NCBI GenBank assembly: GCA_003009755.1
Contig: PXUB01000030.1
Location: 1-64,000 of the forward strand
From: Thermoplasmatales archaeon SW_10_69_26
GTDB taxonomy: Archaea; Thermoplasmatota; SW-10-69-26
DNA length: 64,000 bases
Direction of reading: 5' to 3'
Shown here one piece after another: positions 39,721-49,663 of this stretch; within the stretch, counting starts at the first letter, position 1, and each line of letters opens with the position of its first letter. Under the pieces are notes generated by a model. It saw only the letters and a list, made by a program, of their open reading frames with translations. It searched no databases and was not told where the DNA came from. Made by a program: the position numbers and the translations under genes.

Positions 39721-41073
39721 TCAGGGCGACGGCGCGAACCCCTCGACCGAGCCGTCCCCCGCCAACGGCGCCCCGTCGATCTGGCGCGCGTACTGCGTCA
39801 CCGTGTCCTCCCCGTCGGCCGGGAGCGAGGGCCAGGCGGCGTGGACGGCGCCGTCCGGTCCGATCGCCAGCTCGTTGACCTCCCGCAGCGAGTAGTCGCC
39901 CTCGTCGATCGGTTCGTCGTTGAGCTGGTGCACGGTGACACTGGGGTCCGAGGAGAGGCCATTTGTGATCGTCGCCAGCTCGTAGTCCCACCGTTGGGGA
40001 TCCCCTTCGGTCGAGGCCTCCCGCCACGACACCGCGAGCTCACCGGCGTCGCCCGCGACGACCCACGGGATGATCTGCTCCTCGCCCGGATCGGGATCGA
40101 CGACTTCGGGGGTGGTCCACGTCCGGCCGCCGTCCCCGCTGGTCGAGAGCACGATGCGATCGTCGAGCGTCGTGACCAGGTACAGGTTCCCCGCGTTGTC
40201 GTCGGCGATCACGGGGAAGACCGTCGTCTGCTCGTCGATCCCCGGGATGGAGGTGTGCTCCCAGGTGTCGCCCTCGTCCGGGGTGACCGACACGGCCACG
40301 CCCTGGCCTCCCGACGAGGTGCTGTAGGGGATCGCGATCTCGTCGCGGGCCTCGTTGACCACGAGCGGTCCCGAGGGGGAGATGAGGTTGCGTTCCTCGG
40401 TCCCGATCGGTCGCTCGACGGAGAAGGTCTCGCCGCCGTCCTCGCTCTTCGCGAGCACGAGGTTGCTGTCGGTGTTGGCCACCTCGCGGACGGCGCCGGT
40501 CGACAGCGACTGGGCGCTCACGTAGATCGCGCCCGTGTCGGCGTGCGTGTCGATCCACTGACGGTCGATCCCGGGGAAGGTGAAGATCGCCGGCGTCGAG
40601 GTCGGCCACGTCTCGCCGTGGTCCCCGCTGGCGACGAAGCCCGCGTTGCCCGCCCACAGGTCCGTCATGTACACCTCGTCGGCCGAACCAAGGGCGAGGT
40701 CGACGTCCCCGCCGCCGAAGCTGGCCCCATAGAGACCGCTCGGCAACGGATCGATCAGCTCGAAGCTCTGGCCACCGTCGAGGGAACCGAAGATCTGCGA
40801 GGCTCCGGTCGTGTCCTCCTGGCCATCGCTGACCGAGCCGGTGACACCGGGGATGCCGGCCACGTACACGCGACCCTCGCTGTCCACCTCGACCGCGGGC
40901 TCGGTCAGATCCCGCTCGTCGTCCACGACGATCGGATCGCTGAACACGGGATCTTGCCGCTCCTCGGTCGTCTGCCCTTCCAGCTCCCGGGCCGGGTCTT
41001 CGGCCGCGAGGCCCGCCACGCAACCGGCGGAGACCATCGCCAAGGCTACGAACGCCACGCCTCCCAAGCGCAT
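39721..41073 (-). CDS. BNR/Asp-box repeat lipoprotein
   Basis: SAGC lipobox; SxDGGxxF/W boxes; DRQW. Confidence 0.82.
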   Translation of the reverse strand: MRLGGVAFVALAMVSAGCVAGLAAEDPARELEGQTTEERQDPVFSDPIVVDDERDLTEPAVEVDSEGRVYVAGIPGVTGSVSDGQEDTTGASQIFGSLDGGQSFELIDPLPSGLYGASFGGGDVDLALGSADEVYMTDLWAGNAGFVASGDHGETWPTSTPAIFTFPGIDRQWIDTHADTGAIYVSAQSLSTGAVREVANTDSNLVLAKSEDGGETFSVERPIGTEERNLISPSGPLVVNEARDEIAIPYSTSSGGQGVAVSVTPDEGDTWEHTSIPGIDEQTTVFPVIADDNAGNLYLVTTLDDRIVLSTSGDGGRTWTTPEVVDPDPGEEQIIPWVVAGDAGELAVSWREASTEGDPQRWDYELATITNGLSSDPSVTVHQLNDEPIDEGDYSLREVNELAIGPDGAVHAAWPSLPADGEDTVTQYARQIDGAPLAGDGSVEGFAPSP

Positions 41074-41187
41074 ACCGACCGACCACTCCTCGAACGCAAA
41101 AGAGTTGCCTCTGCGGGGGTGGGCGGGTGACGGATCCCGGGACCGGCCGCACTCGCTGGAGCGTCCACCTTGGACCCACAGCGCGCG

Positions 41188-41952
41188 TCAGGCCTCCATG
41201 CGGTTGAAGCTCCAGCCCCCGACGAGCGTGGCCAGCGCCGTGTAGCCGGCGAGCACGCCGAAGCTGGTGAGGTAGCTGAAGGCCTGCTGGCCGCCGACGA
41301 GCAGCGACCGCAGCGCGTCCACGCTGTAGGTCAGCGGGTTCACGTGCGTGAACCAGGTCAGCCACGTCGGCAGGTCGACGACCGGGAACAGGGCCCCCGA
41401 GAGGAAGAACATCGGGAACGCGATGAACGTGCTCGTGATGCGGAACCCCTCGAAGCTCTCGTAGAAGCTGCCCAGCGCCAGCCCGAAGCTCGTGTACAGC
41501 ACGGCGGTCAACAGGATGACGGCGACGGCGGGCACGACGTTCAGCCAGAGGATGTCGACGAAGAACGTCGAGATGATCAACAGCAACGTCCCCTCGACGA
41601 CGGCCTGCGTGGCGCCGCCGACGACCTTCCCCAAGAACACGATCGAGCGCGGCACCGGCGTGACGAGCACCGCCTTGAGGACGTCCATCTTGCGGTCCCA
41701 GACGATGTAGACGCCGTAGAAGATCGTCGTGAACATCAGGGCCTGGGCCACGATGCCCGGCACGATGAAGTCCAGATAGTTCAGCCCCGAGCCCAGGTCC
41801 GGCTTGAGGCCCCGCTCGATGCCGATGCCGACGATCGCGATCCACATGAACGGGGACACGATCGAGGCGACGAGGCGGGACCGTTCGCGGACGTACTGGG
41901 TCGCCTCGCGCCGCCACATGCCGACCAGGGGTCGCAGGTAGGGGATCTTCAC
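41188..41952 (-). CDS. ABC-2 type exporter permease (DrrB-like)
   Basis: YLDFIVPG; PMFFLSGALFP; NPLTYSVDALR. Confidence 0.92.
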   Translation of the reverse strand: MKIPYLRPLVGMWRREATQYVRERSRLVASIVSPFMWIAIVGIGIERGLKPDLGSGLNYLDFIVPGIVAQALMFTTIFYGVYIVWDRKMDVLKAVLVTPVPRSIVFLGKVVGGATQAVVEGTLLLIISTFFVDILWLNVVPAVAVILLTAVLYTSFGLALGSFYESFEGFRITSTFIAFPMFFLSGALFPVVDLPTWLTWFTHVNPLTYSVDALRSLLVGGQQAFSYLTSFGVLAGYTALATLVGGWSFNRMEA

Positions 41953-41956
41953 GCGA

Positions 41957-42940
41957 TCACTCCGCGCGCTTCATGCGCTGGTAGTCCTCGGTCCATCCGT
42001 CCCCCTCGGCCTCGCCCTGCCGCAGGTGCCGGCCCGTCAGCGACAGGAACACGTCCTGCAGCGTGGGCGTGGTCACCTCCAGGTGGTCGACCTCGTCCAG
42101 CGTGCGCAAGAACGCGGGCAGCTGGGCGACCTCGCCGGCCAGCTGCACGACGAAGGTCCCCTCGCCCTCGGCCTGCACGTCCTCGACGCCGGGCGCCTGA
42201 GCCAGCTCGTCCTCGCTCGTGCCGAGGGCCCTCAGGTGGACCACGGTGCCGCCCAGCTCTCGCTTGAGCGCCTCCGGGTCGTCCAGGGCCTGGATCTGGC
42301 CCTGGTCGATGACGGCGACCCGGTCGCACAGCGCATCGGCCTCGTCCATGTAGTGGGTCGTCATCAGCACGGTCGTCCCCTCCTCGCGCAGGGATCGGAT
42401 GTACGCCCACAGCCGCTCGCGCGTCTGCGGATCCAGGCCCAGCGTCGGCTCGTCGAGGAACAGGACCTCGGGATCGTGCAACAGCCCGCGGGCGATCTCC
42501 AACCGACGCTTCATGCCGCCGCTGTACTGCTTGACCGGATCGTCGCCGCGGCCGGCCAGGTCCATCAGGTCCAGCAGCTCGTCGATGCGCTCGCGCGTCT
42601 GGCGACGGGAGACGTCGTAGAGCGCGGCGGACAGCTCGAGGTTCTCCCGCCCCGTGAGCAGGTTGTCGAGCGAGGGCTCCTGGAACACGAGCCCGATGCG
42701 CTCCCGGACACCCCGGGGGTCCTCGCCCACGTCGACGCCGGCGACCTCGGCCCGGCCGCTGGTCGCCTCCGTCAGGGTCGACAGGATCCGGATCAACGAC
42801 GTCTTGCCGGCTCCGTTGGGGCCCAGCAGACCGAACACCTCGCCCTCGTCGACCGAGAACGAGACCCCGTCCACGGCGACCACGCCCTCCGGCGGGTCAC
42901 CGTACACCTTACGAGCGTCGTCGACGCGGACCGCAGGCAC
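41957..42940 (-). CDS. ABC exporter ATPase (DrrA-like)
   Basis: GPNGAGKT, YSGGMKRR, LDEPTLGLD, TTHYMDEA. Confidence 0.94.
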   Translation of the reverse strand: MPAVRVDDARKVYGDPPEGVVAVDGVSFSVDEGEVFGLLGPNGAGKTSLIRILSTLTEATSGRAEVAGVDVGEDPRGVRERIGLVFQEPSLDNLLTGRENLELSAALYDVSRRQTRERIDELLDLMDLAGRGDDPVKQYSGGMKRRLEIARGLLHDPEVLFLDEPTLGLDPQTRERLWAYIRSLREEGTTVLMTTHYMDEADALCDRVAVIDQGQIQALDDPEALKRELGGTVVHLRALGTSEDELAQAPGVEDVQAEGEGTFVVQLAGEVAQLPAFLRTLDEVDHLEVTTPTLQDVFLSLTGRHLRQGEAEGDGWTEDYQRMKRAE

Positions 42941-43046
42941 GCTTGCGACAAGCCGCGTCGGCCTCTTCAAGCCGCGGGCTGCCGAGGATGCCACCGCCCT
43001 CGCTGGAACCCGCAACGTTCAAGGCCCTGCCGGCGGCCTCGCCACC

Positions 43047-43517
43047 GTGGACGCCCGAGCCGCCCTGCAGCCCGTCGTGTGGCTGTCCTCGTGGGAGTGG
43101 CTGGGGCCGGCGACCGCGGGCGCGGCCCTCGCGGGCCTGCTCGGCTACCTCGGTCTCGCCGGCTCGGCCCCCGGCCTAGCCCTGCTCGTGGCGACCGTGT
43201 CGTGGTTGGCCGCCATGCTGGGCCTCGTGTTGCTTGTCTCGCCGGCCGAGCGCAAGATCACCTTCGAACGGCAGCTCGAGGTCGTCGGCGCCCGCGTCCT
43301 CGCTGCGGTCTTGATCTACTTCGGAGTCGGCTTCCTCGCGCTCTACGGTCTCAACGCGCTGGCGCCCGAGCAAGCCCGCGTGCCGATCGCCTGGGAAGGC
43401 CCCCTCCTGCAACCCTGGGAGAACCCGTTCTTCCGACGGGTCACGTTCTGGCCTTTCTACGCGCTGGTGCTCCTCGGCTGCCAGGATCTGGTGCCGACGC
43501 CGCCCGGGGCGTGCTGA
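43047..43517 (+). CDS. Hypothetical membrane protein
   Basis: 3-4 hydrophobic segments; divergent from the ABC operon. Confidence 0.65.
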   Translation: MDARAALQPVVWLSSWEWLGPATAGAALAGLLGYLGLAGSAPGLALLVATVSWLAAMLGLVLLVSPAERKITFERQLEVVGARVLAAVLIYFGVGFLALYGLNALAPEQARVPIAWEGPLLQPWENPFFRRVTFWPFYALVLLGCQDLVPTPPGAC

Positions 43518-43691
43518 GCACGCAGACCCCCTCAGACGGCACAGAGACCAACCACAGAGGATAGCCTCCACAGAGAACACACGAGGACGCCCGGCGTGGA
43601 GAGGAGGGGAGTTGGGGATCGAGACGCCGCACAGGACCGGACCAACTCGCGGGGGCGCGCCTCGCGTCGACCGCCCCGAGGCCGCCTGGGG

Positions 43692-44114
43692 CTACGTCGC
43701 GCGGGCGAGGAGGATCGATCCGGCAAGGGCGGCGGCGCCGAAGCCGACGGCGATCCAGGGGATCTCGCCCTTCGCGACGGTGACCTCACCGGTCGCGTTC
43801 ACCGTCGTCGTCTCGTTGCCCTCGCCGCTGGTGACGGACAGCTCGACGTCGTAGGTGCCTGGCTCGGCGAAGTCGTGCTCGACGGGGCTGCCGGTCGCCG
43901 TCGTCCCGTTGGGGCCAAGCGTCCAAGTGATCTCTGTCACGTTGCCGGTCAGCGCCTCCTCCCCCTCGGCCTCGAAGTAGCATCGAAGCTGCTGGCAGGT
44001 CGAGGAGAACGACAGCTCCTCGTCCTCTTGGGCGAGGACCGTCCCGGCCGACCCCAGCAGGGCCGAGCCGGCCAGCAGGGCGACGACGAGCCCGAGCTTC
44101 GCGGCGGAACGCAT
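43692..44114 (-). CDS. Small PKD-domain membrane-anchored protein
   Basis: Signal peptide; WTLG..G..ATG...HDFAEPGTYDVELSV; C-terminal TM. Confidence 0.85.
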   Translation of the reverse strand: MRSAAKLGLVVALLAGSALLGSAGTVLAQEDEELSFSSTCQQLRCYFEAEGEEALTGNVTEITWTLGPNGTTATGSPVEHDFAEPGTYDVELSVTSGEGNETTTVNATGEVTVAKGEIPWIAVGFGAAALAGSILLARAT

Positions 44115-44201
44115 CGCAGCCCGCACGACCCTCCCCTTCCTAAACCCCCCGGACCCGCGTCGGGCTCAACGCTATAGGAGCCGGCCGCCTCTCGGCTCCC
44201 T

Positions 44202-44564
44202 GTGATCCACTGGATCGCGGTCGGGGTCGCCGTGCTGGCGACGATCCTGGGCCTGAGCCTGTGGCTCAACCGCAAGAAATCCACCGCCCACCTGTCGATC
44301 CGGTTGGCCGAGGCCTATCGCCAGGCCGGCGACTTCGAGACGGCTCGCGAGCTCTACGAGATCGCGCCCGATCTGGATCAAAACGTTGACCAGGCGCGTG
44401 AGGGCCAGCGCCGAGCCCGGGAGGAGGTGCGCCGACCGGTGCTCTCCGAGGCGCTGGTCGCCGCCGCTCGGCGGCGGTTGACCCAGGAGCGGGAGGAGGT
44501 GCAGGCCCACCTCGAGCGGGAGGGCATCGAGGTCGACCTGCCGCCGCTCCAGCGGCGCGGCTAG
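44202..44564 (+). CDS. Small membrane-anchored TPR protein
   Basis: N-terminal TM; LAEAYRQAGDFETARELY. Confidence 0.7.
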   Translation: MIHWIAVGVAVLATILGLSLWLNRKKSTAHLSIRLAEAYRQAGDFETARELYEIAPDLDQNVDQAREGQRRAREEVRRPVLSEALVAAARRRLTQEREEVQAHLEREGIEVDLPPLQRRG

Positions 44565-46522
44565 GAGGCGTCGGCGACGGTCACGTCGTCGACGAACCAG
44601 CCCTCGTAGTCGTTGGCCTGGCTATCCCGGGAGTCGAACACGAACCGCAGCTCGAGCGACGCGTCGGCGGGGAGGTCGTAGCTGGCCGACGTCCAGTTCG
44701 GCTGGTTGTCGTCGAGGCTGGTCCACTCGGCGATCGTCGTCCAGTCGTCGCCGGTGCGCTGCTCGACGCGCATGTGGTCGTAGCCGGAGCAGCTGATCAG
44801 ACCGCAGCTCGTCGACTCCGTCTCCCACCGGTGCTCGAACGCGAGTTGGGGGCTTCGGGCGTCCGAGGTGTCGACCGAGAACGTGGCCGTGCCGTTCGTC
44901 TGGTCGCCGGTATCGTAGGTGCAGGTGTCGTCCTGGGTGTAGGCCAGGTGGTTGGGGCTGCTGTCGGCCGCGTGGCAGGCGTCCGTCACGTGCCACAGGC
45001 CGGAGAGGGCGAAGCTCTGCGCCGCGCCGTCGTCGAAGGTCTCCTCGAGGATCGCCCCCGACGTGGACCCGCTCACGGTGACGTCCGTCGTGGCGTCGTC
45101 CTGGGTGCCCTCGTCGTCGGTCACGGTCAGCGTCACCGTGTAGGTGCCCTCGGCCTCGTAGCTGTGGTCGACGACCTCGCCGGTCGCCGTGGTGCCGTCG
45201 CCCAGATCCCAGTCGTAGCTCGTGAGGTTCCCGTCTGCGTCGGTCGCGTTGCTGGCGTCGAAGGTGCAGTTCAGCTCGGTGCAGTCGGCGGTGAACGAGG
45301 CCTGCGGAGGCTCGTTCGTGTCCCCACCGACGGCGTCGAGCAGCGCGGCCGCGTCGACCTCGCCGTGGCCGAACTCGTTGTCGTGGCCGGCATCGCCGAG
45401 ATCGCGCGCGGTGGTGTTCATCGCATCGCGCAGCTCGGTGTTCGTCAAGGACGGGTCGACGCTGAGCGCGAGCCCGGCGGCCCCGCTGACGTGGGGCGTG
45501 CTCATGCTCGTGCCGTCGAGCTGCGTGTAGCCGCCGTCGTTGTACGTCGACAGGATGTCGTCACCGGGAGCGGCGAGCTCGGCCTCGGGGCCCTGGCTGG
45601 AGAAGCTGCACTGCTGGCGGTCCGAGTCCGTGCAGGTCACGGCTACGACGCGCTCGCGGGCGGCCGGGTAGCCCACGCAGTCGCTGCATTGGCCGTCGTT
45701 GCCGGCCGCGGCGACGAGCAGGACGCCGCGCTCCCAGGCGTAGTCGACGGCCTGGCCGATCGTCGAGCTCGCCGAGCTCGAGCCCAGGCTCATCGAGATC
45801 ACGTCGGCGCCGTTGTCGGTGCTCCAGGTGATCGCGTCCGCGATGTCCGAGGAGCTGCCGGTGCACTGCACGACCAGCGAGTCCGACAGCGCCTTCGCGA
45901 CGAACAGGTTCACGCCGTCGGCGGTGCCGGCCACGCCGATGCCGTTGTCGGTGTTCGCCGACACGGTGCCGGCCACGTGGGTGCCGTGCCCGCAGCGGTC
46001 GTCGGCCGTGCCGTCGTCGCCGACGAAATCGCGCTGCTCGGCGACCGTGTTCTGCAGGTCCTCGTGGTCCTGGTCGATCCCGGTGTCGATCACGCTCACG
46101 TTGACGTCCGCGGATCCCAGCGTCGTGTCCCAGGCGGTGGGCGTCTGGATCTGCGGGAAGCCGTACTGCTCGTCGTAGCGTGGATCGTCGGGGGTGAACA
46201 GGGTGACGTAGGCGGTCGGATCCTCGCGCTCCACGTACTCGACGTTGTCGCGATGGCGATCCTCGAGGTGGAAGCTGGCCGGGTCCTCGAGCTCGACGAC
46301 GGCGAACCCGATCGCGTCGTTGACGTCGAGCACGGTGTGGCCTCGCCATTCGTCGTCGTCGACGTCGGCCGCGGCCAGATCCGCGAAACCGACGATCCAC
46401 CGGTCGCCGGCGGCGACGGGAGGACCTGCCGGGTCGGGTCCGGTGGCGGCGAGGCTGGCCGTCGGTACGAGCAACACGAGGGCGACGAGGAGAGCGGCGC
46501 GTTGGCTGGACAAGGCGGCCAC
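44561..46522 (-). CDS. S8 subtilase (halolysin/thermitase-like) with PKD and C-terminal beta-sandwich domains
   Basis: IDTG, HGTHVAG, AAAGN, GTSMSTPHVSG; PKD WDLGDG; GWFVDDV. Confidence 0.93.
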   Translation of the reverse strand: MAALSSQRAALLVALVLLVPTASLAATGPDPAGPPVAAGDRWIVGFADLAAADVDDDEWRGHTVLDVNDAIGFAVVELEDPASFHLEDRHRDNVEYVEREDPTAYVTLFTPDDPRYDEQYGFPQIQTPTAWDTTLGSADVNVSVIDTGIDQDHEDLQNTVAEQRDFVGDDGTADDRCGHGTHVAGTVSANTDNGIGVAGTADGVNLFVAKALSDSLVVQCTGSSSDIADAITWSTDNGADVISMSLGSSSASSTIGQAVDYAWERGVLLVAAAGNDGQCSDCVGYPAARERVVAVTCTDSDRQQCSFSSQGPEAELAAPGDDILSTYNDGGYTQLDGTSMSTPHVSGAAGLALSVDPSLTNTELRDAMNTTARDLGDAGHDNEFGHGEVDAAALLDAVGGDTNEPPQASFTADCTELNCTFDASNATDADGNLTSYDWDLGDGTTATGEVVDHSYEAEGTYTVTLTVTDDEGTQDDATTDVTVSGSTSGAILEETFDDGAAQSFALSGLWHVTDACHAADSSPNHLAYTQDDTCTYDTGDQTNGTATFSVDTSDARSPQLAFEHRWETESTSCGLISCSGYDHMRVEQRTGDDWTTIAEWTSLDDNQPNWTSASYDLPADASLELRFVFDSRDSQANDYEGWFVDDVTVADAS

Positions 46523-46743
46523 GCGTGCAATGACGCCCCGTGATTTGAAGCCTCGTCCGTTCGACGGACGGTCGCAGCAGCGGTCAGAGTCGCAGGTTAT
46601 CGGCGTGAGGGGGTCGGCCCTAGTGGGGGCGAGCTGAACCGTGGGGCTCCTTGCCTCCCGAGAGTCAACCCTCCTGGCCATCCTGGGAACAACGTATTCA
46701 TGGGTGGAGCCTATGAATCAACGCCCTGCGAGGCCGATGAAGC

Positions 46744-47640
46744 ATGGCCAACTTCCGTATCCTTAGGGAGCGCCTACGGATTGACCATACTGGCCCCCGA
46801 GAACGGTCGTTGCAAATTCAGTATGAAATCCAGAACACTAGTGACGAACACGAAGAGGAAGTTTTCCTCATTCTTGATGAGTATCTGCCAGGGTTGCAGG
46901 TGACGACGGGTTCCGGGAAGGAGCTAGCATATCTCCCGGATGAAATGGTCGAGGATCGTGTCGGCGATCAAGAGGAATTTATTCGAGATGCCGTGGGCGA
47001 GGACATCTTCGAAGAGGGGGATTTCGAAGATGCGAGAATCCTGCTAGTCGAGCTTGAGGATCCTCTCCCTCCAAACGAAGTCTTTGTCTTGAAACTCAAC
47101 CACTTGGATGCCGTATCACCGCCTCAGGGCAGAGGATTGATTCGACAACCGCGATTTGAAGTGAGCGAAGCAAAGGGTCACGAAGGCCACGATACTTTCA
47201 TCGAAATCCGGGGGCCGGATAGGAGTTTGATTTCTCCAGATCAGGAACAAGGCGACCCTGATTTCACTGCCCTAGATGGCTACCTACAAGCAAAGGCAGA
47301 AGGAGGGGCGGGGTTGGTCAGCTTCCAATACGAGGTTCGACCAAGGGCTGCAGAGAAGGTTTTGGTCCGTTCTTTCTTCTTGGCTCTGACTCTGTTGCCT
47401 GTTATCGTTCTTACCGCTGCCGGGGTCTTCCAGGGCGGCCCCTGGAAATTCACTCTCCTGGGGGAGCAGATGGGGATTTTCTCCCCTCAGCAACGGTTGA
47501 GGGAGACATTGGGTGCAGTTGGCTTGACCGGAACCATTGCGCTGATGGGGTTGACTCGGCCCCGTTGGGTCCAGCGGCTATACTTCCTCCTGCCGCTTGT
47601 CCTTTATCTAGCGCTCATCCTCTGGCGGTTTTCCCCATGA
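46744..47640 (+). CDS. Hypothetical membrane protein with atypical (lower GC) composition
   Basis: 298-aa ORF with many A/T-ending codons; three C-terminal TM segments. Confidence 0.75.
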   Translation: MANFRILRERLRIDHTGPRERSLQIQYEIQNTSDEHEEEVFLILDEYLPGLQVTTGSGKELAYLPDEMVEDRVGDQEEFIRDAVGEDIFEEGDFEDARILLVELEDPLPPNEVFVLKLNHLDAVSPPQGRGLIRQPRFEVSEAKGHEGHDTFIEIRGPDRSLISPDQEQGDPDFTALDGYLQAKAEGGAGLVSFQYEVRPRAAEKVLVRSFFLALTLLPVIVLTAAGVFQGGPWKFTLLGEQMGIFSPQQRLRETLGAVGLTGTIALMGLTRPRWVQRLYFLLPLVLYLALILWRFSP

Positions 47641-47800
47641 GTAAGGTTTATGTTTCAAGCTCCCCCATCTAGTGCCTGTGTCTGGAAGTGACGACCGGGA
47701 AAAGGCGCTGGAATCCACGGTAGTTCTCCGGACGCCCAAGACGCAGGAGCAGGCAGATTAACCGTCAAGCCTGATTTCTTGGCGGTAACGATTCGACGTT

Positions 47801-48844
47801 AGTGCTTCTCGGGGTGTCTCAGTAACCCCCTCTACGCCGCTGCCCCCAACTGCCCCGATCGTTTGAGCCGCTCGTTCGGCCGCGGCAGCATCTCCACAAT
47901 GCCTCGCAACGCTTTGTTGAGGGCCCGCCCGAGGAACGGGCGGTGGTTGAAGCGGAATGTGAACGCGTCCAAGTACGGCTGCACGTTCCAGTCCTCCACG
48001 TAGGCGTGCACCCTATACAGCACGCGTTTGAGGTTGCTGAACACCGTGTGACTCCACGGCAGCACATCGTGCATCTGCTCGCCCTCCTCGCGATCGGGCT
48101 GGCGAACCTCGCGCTCGTAGGCCGCAAGCCCGTTGTAGCCGTCCCCGTTGTCCGTCCACTAACATCGAGCCTTCCTGCACGCGGACTCGCACGGTGGGGG
48201 CCAGGTTCTCGCCGCCGGCGCCGGGCACGCATTGCAGGTGCAGGTTGCCGGCTTCCTCGTCCTTGTTGTCGACGAGGGCGACCACGCACTGCTTGCTGGT
48301 GCCCCGGCCTGAGGAATCGTCCGGGCGCTTGCCGCCCACGTAGGTTTCATCGGCTTCCCCCACGCCGTCTAACGATCGCTGCTGGGCGCGTCTCAGGATG
48401 CGGTAGATCTTCTGGCGGATGTTGTGCGCGGTCTCCGCGTGCACGCCCAACGTGCGGGCGAGCTCGGGCTCCGTGATGCCCTTCTTGGTTTTGATGACGT
48501 GGTAGATGGCCAGGAACCAGGTCTGTAGGTCGAGTTTGGTGTCCTGGAGGATCGTGCCCGCGGTCACGCTGGTTTGCTTGCGGCACGCGTAGCACTCGAA
48601 CACGTGGCGGGTCTGGATGAGGCCCCAGGGCTCGTCCTCGCCGCAATCCGGGCACGTGAAGCCGTCCTTGCCCCAGCGGTGCTCGCGGAGGTATTGCCAG
48701 CAGTCCTCCTCGGTGGGGTGTGTGTTGACGAATTCGGTCAGGCTGGGCAACGCGTCATCGGTCATGCTCCCGAAGATGGGCGATGGAGGGGTGTGGGTTC
48801 AGTCCGGGGTGGCTCGGTACCACTGACACAGGCCGAGAAGCACT
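47801..48844 (-). mobile_element. IS1595-family insertion sequence
   Basis: TIRs agtgcttctcggggtgtctcagt / actgacacaggccgagaagcact; flanking direct repeat TTCGACGTT at 47792-47800 and 48845-48853. Confidence 0.93.
47832..48765 (-). pseudogene. IS1595 transposase, frameshifted near 48157
   Basis: Zn ribbon CPDC..CYAC, HTH, EADETYVGG, then in a shifted frame TDNGDGY and HTVFSNLKR, YLDAFTFRFN. Confidence 0.9.
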
Positions 48845-48964
48845 TTCGACGTTTTACCGTCGAAGGTTTGCTCGGGAGACCTTGAATGCGATTAGCCACG
48901 CCGCGCCGCCTCACATCAAACTCTTATACGCCTCCCCCATATATCTGGCCTGCGCGGAAGCGTT

Positions 48965-49037
48965 GCGGGTGTAGTATAGTCTGGTAGTACACGGCCTTGC
49001 CATGGCCGTTGCGCGTGTTCAAATCACGCCACCCGCA
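48965..49037 (+). tRNA. tRNA-Gly(GCC)
   Basis: GCGGGUG...CGGCC-UUGCCAU-GGCCG...GUUCAAAUC...CACCCGC-A; TATA-like elements upstream. Confidence 0.96.
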
Positions 49038-49365
49038 TCCTCTCTCGCGTTGATTCCTCAGGGACTCCCATCGCCAGGCTCGGCTGAGGGGCCGCTGGCG
49101 GTGTCGCGCTGCATCGGAATCCCTCCGAGGGAGCGTCACGTGCGGGTGGCGTGAGCGGACGGCCGGCCGCAGCCACCGCCGAGGGCGTGCGAATCGAGAG
49201 CATCCGTAGCCGACGCGACCGTGCGGCTCGATGCTCTCGAGTGGCCAGATCTGCGATCTGGTCGAATCTCAGGGCCGACGGCGGAAATCGCCCGTCGGTC
49301 CTGAAGCCACCCGCATCCTCTCTCGCGTCGAGTCCTCGGTTCGCACGGCCTTCGGCCGTGCTCTC
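49028..49365. repeat. tRNA-Gly trailer with direct and inverted copies of the tRNA 3' end and hairpin modules
   Basis: 23-bp direct repeat 49028-49050 / 49306-49328; 14-bp inverted copy 49141-49154; hairpins related to those at the tRNA-Arg genes. Confidence 0.85.
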
Positions 49366-49663
49366 GTGAGGGGGGTGTGCTCTGCGTGTGAAGAGGAGGC
49401 GGGGGGCCGGGGGAGACGCCACCGGCCCCCGTCGAGGCGCCGACGGGCACAGCTGGGAGGCAAGGTCCGTCGCGGTCGTAGGCGGGTCAGCGGTAGGGAG
49501 TCGCACTGCCCTCCGACGCCAAATCGTGACAACTAGTGTCACAGTATCAAGGTTGCGGTTCGGTCGCCTCGGGCGAGGTGCGTCGACCCGGCCCGCGGGG
49601 GCTGTGGGCCGACACGGAACGACTTAACTCCCGAGGCCCGTTCCCTGCCGCACGAGGGTCACG

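Noticed and set aside
48150-48165. Programmed frameshift in the IS1595 transposase
   Set aside because: No slippery motif, and IS1595 transposases are normally single ORFs; mutation or sequencing error is more likely
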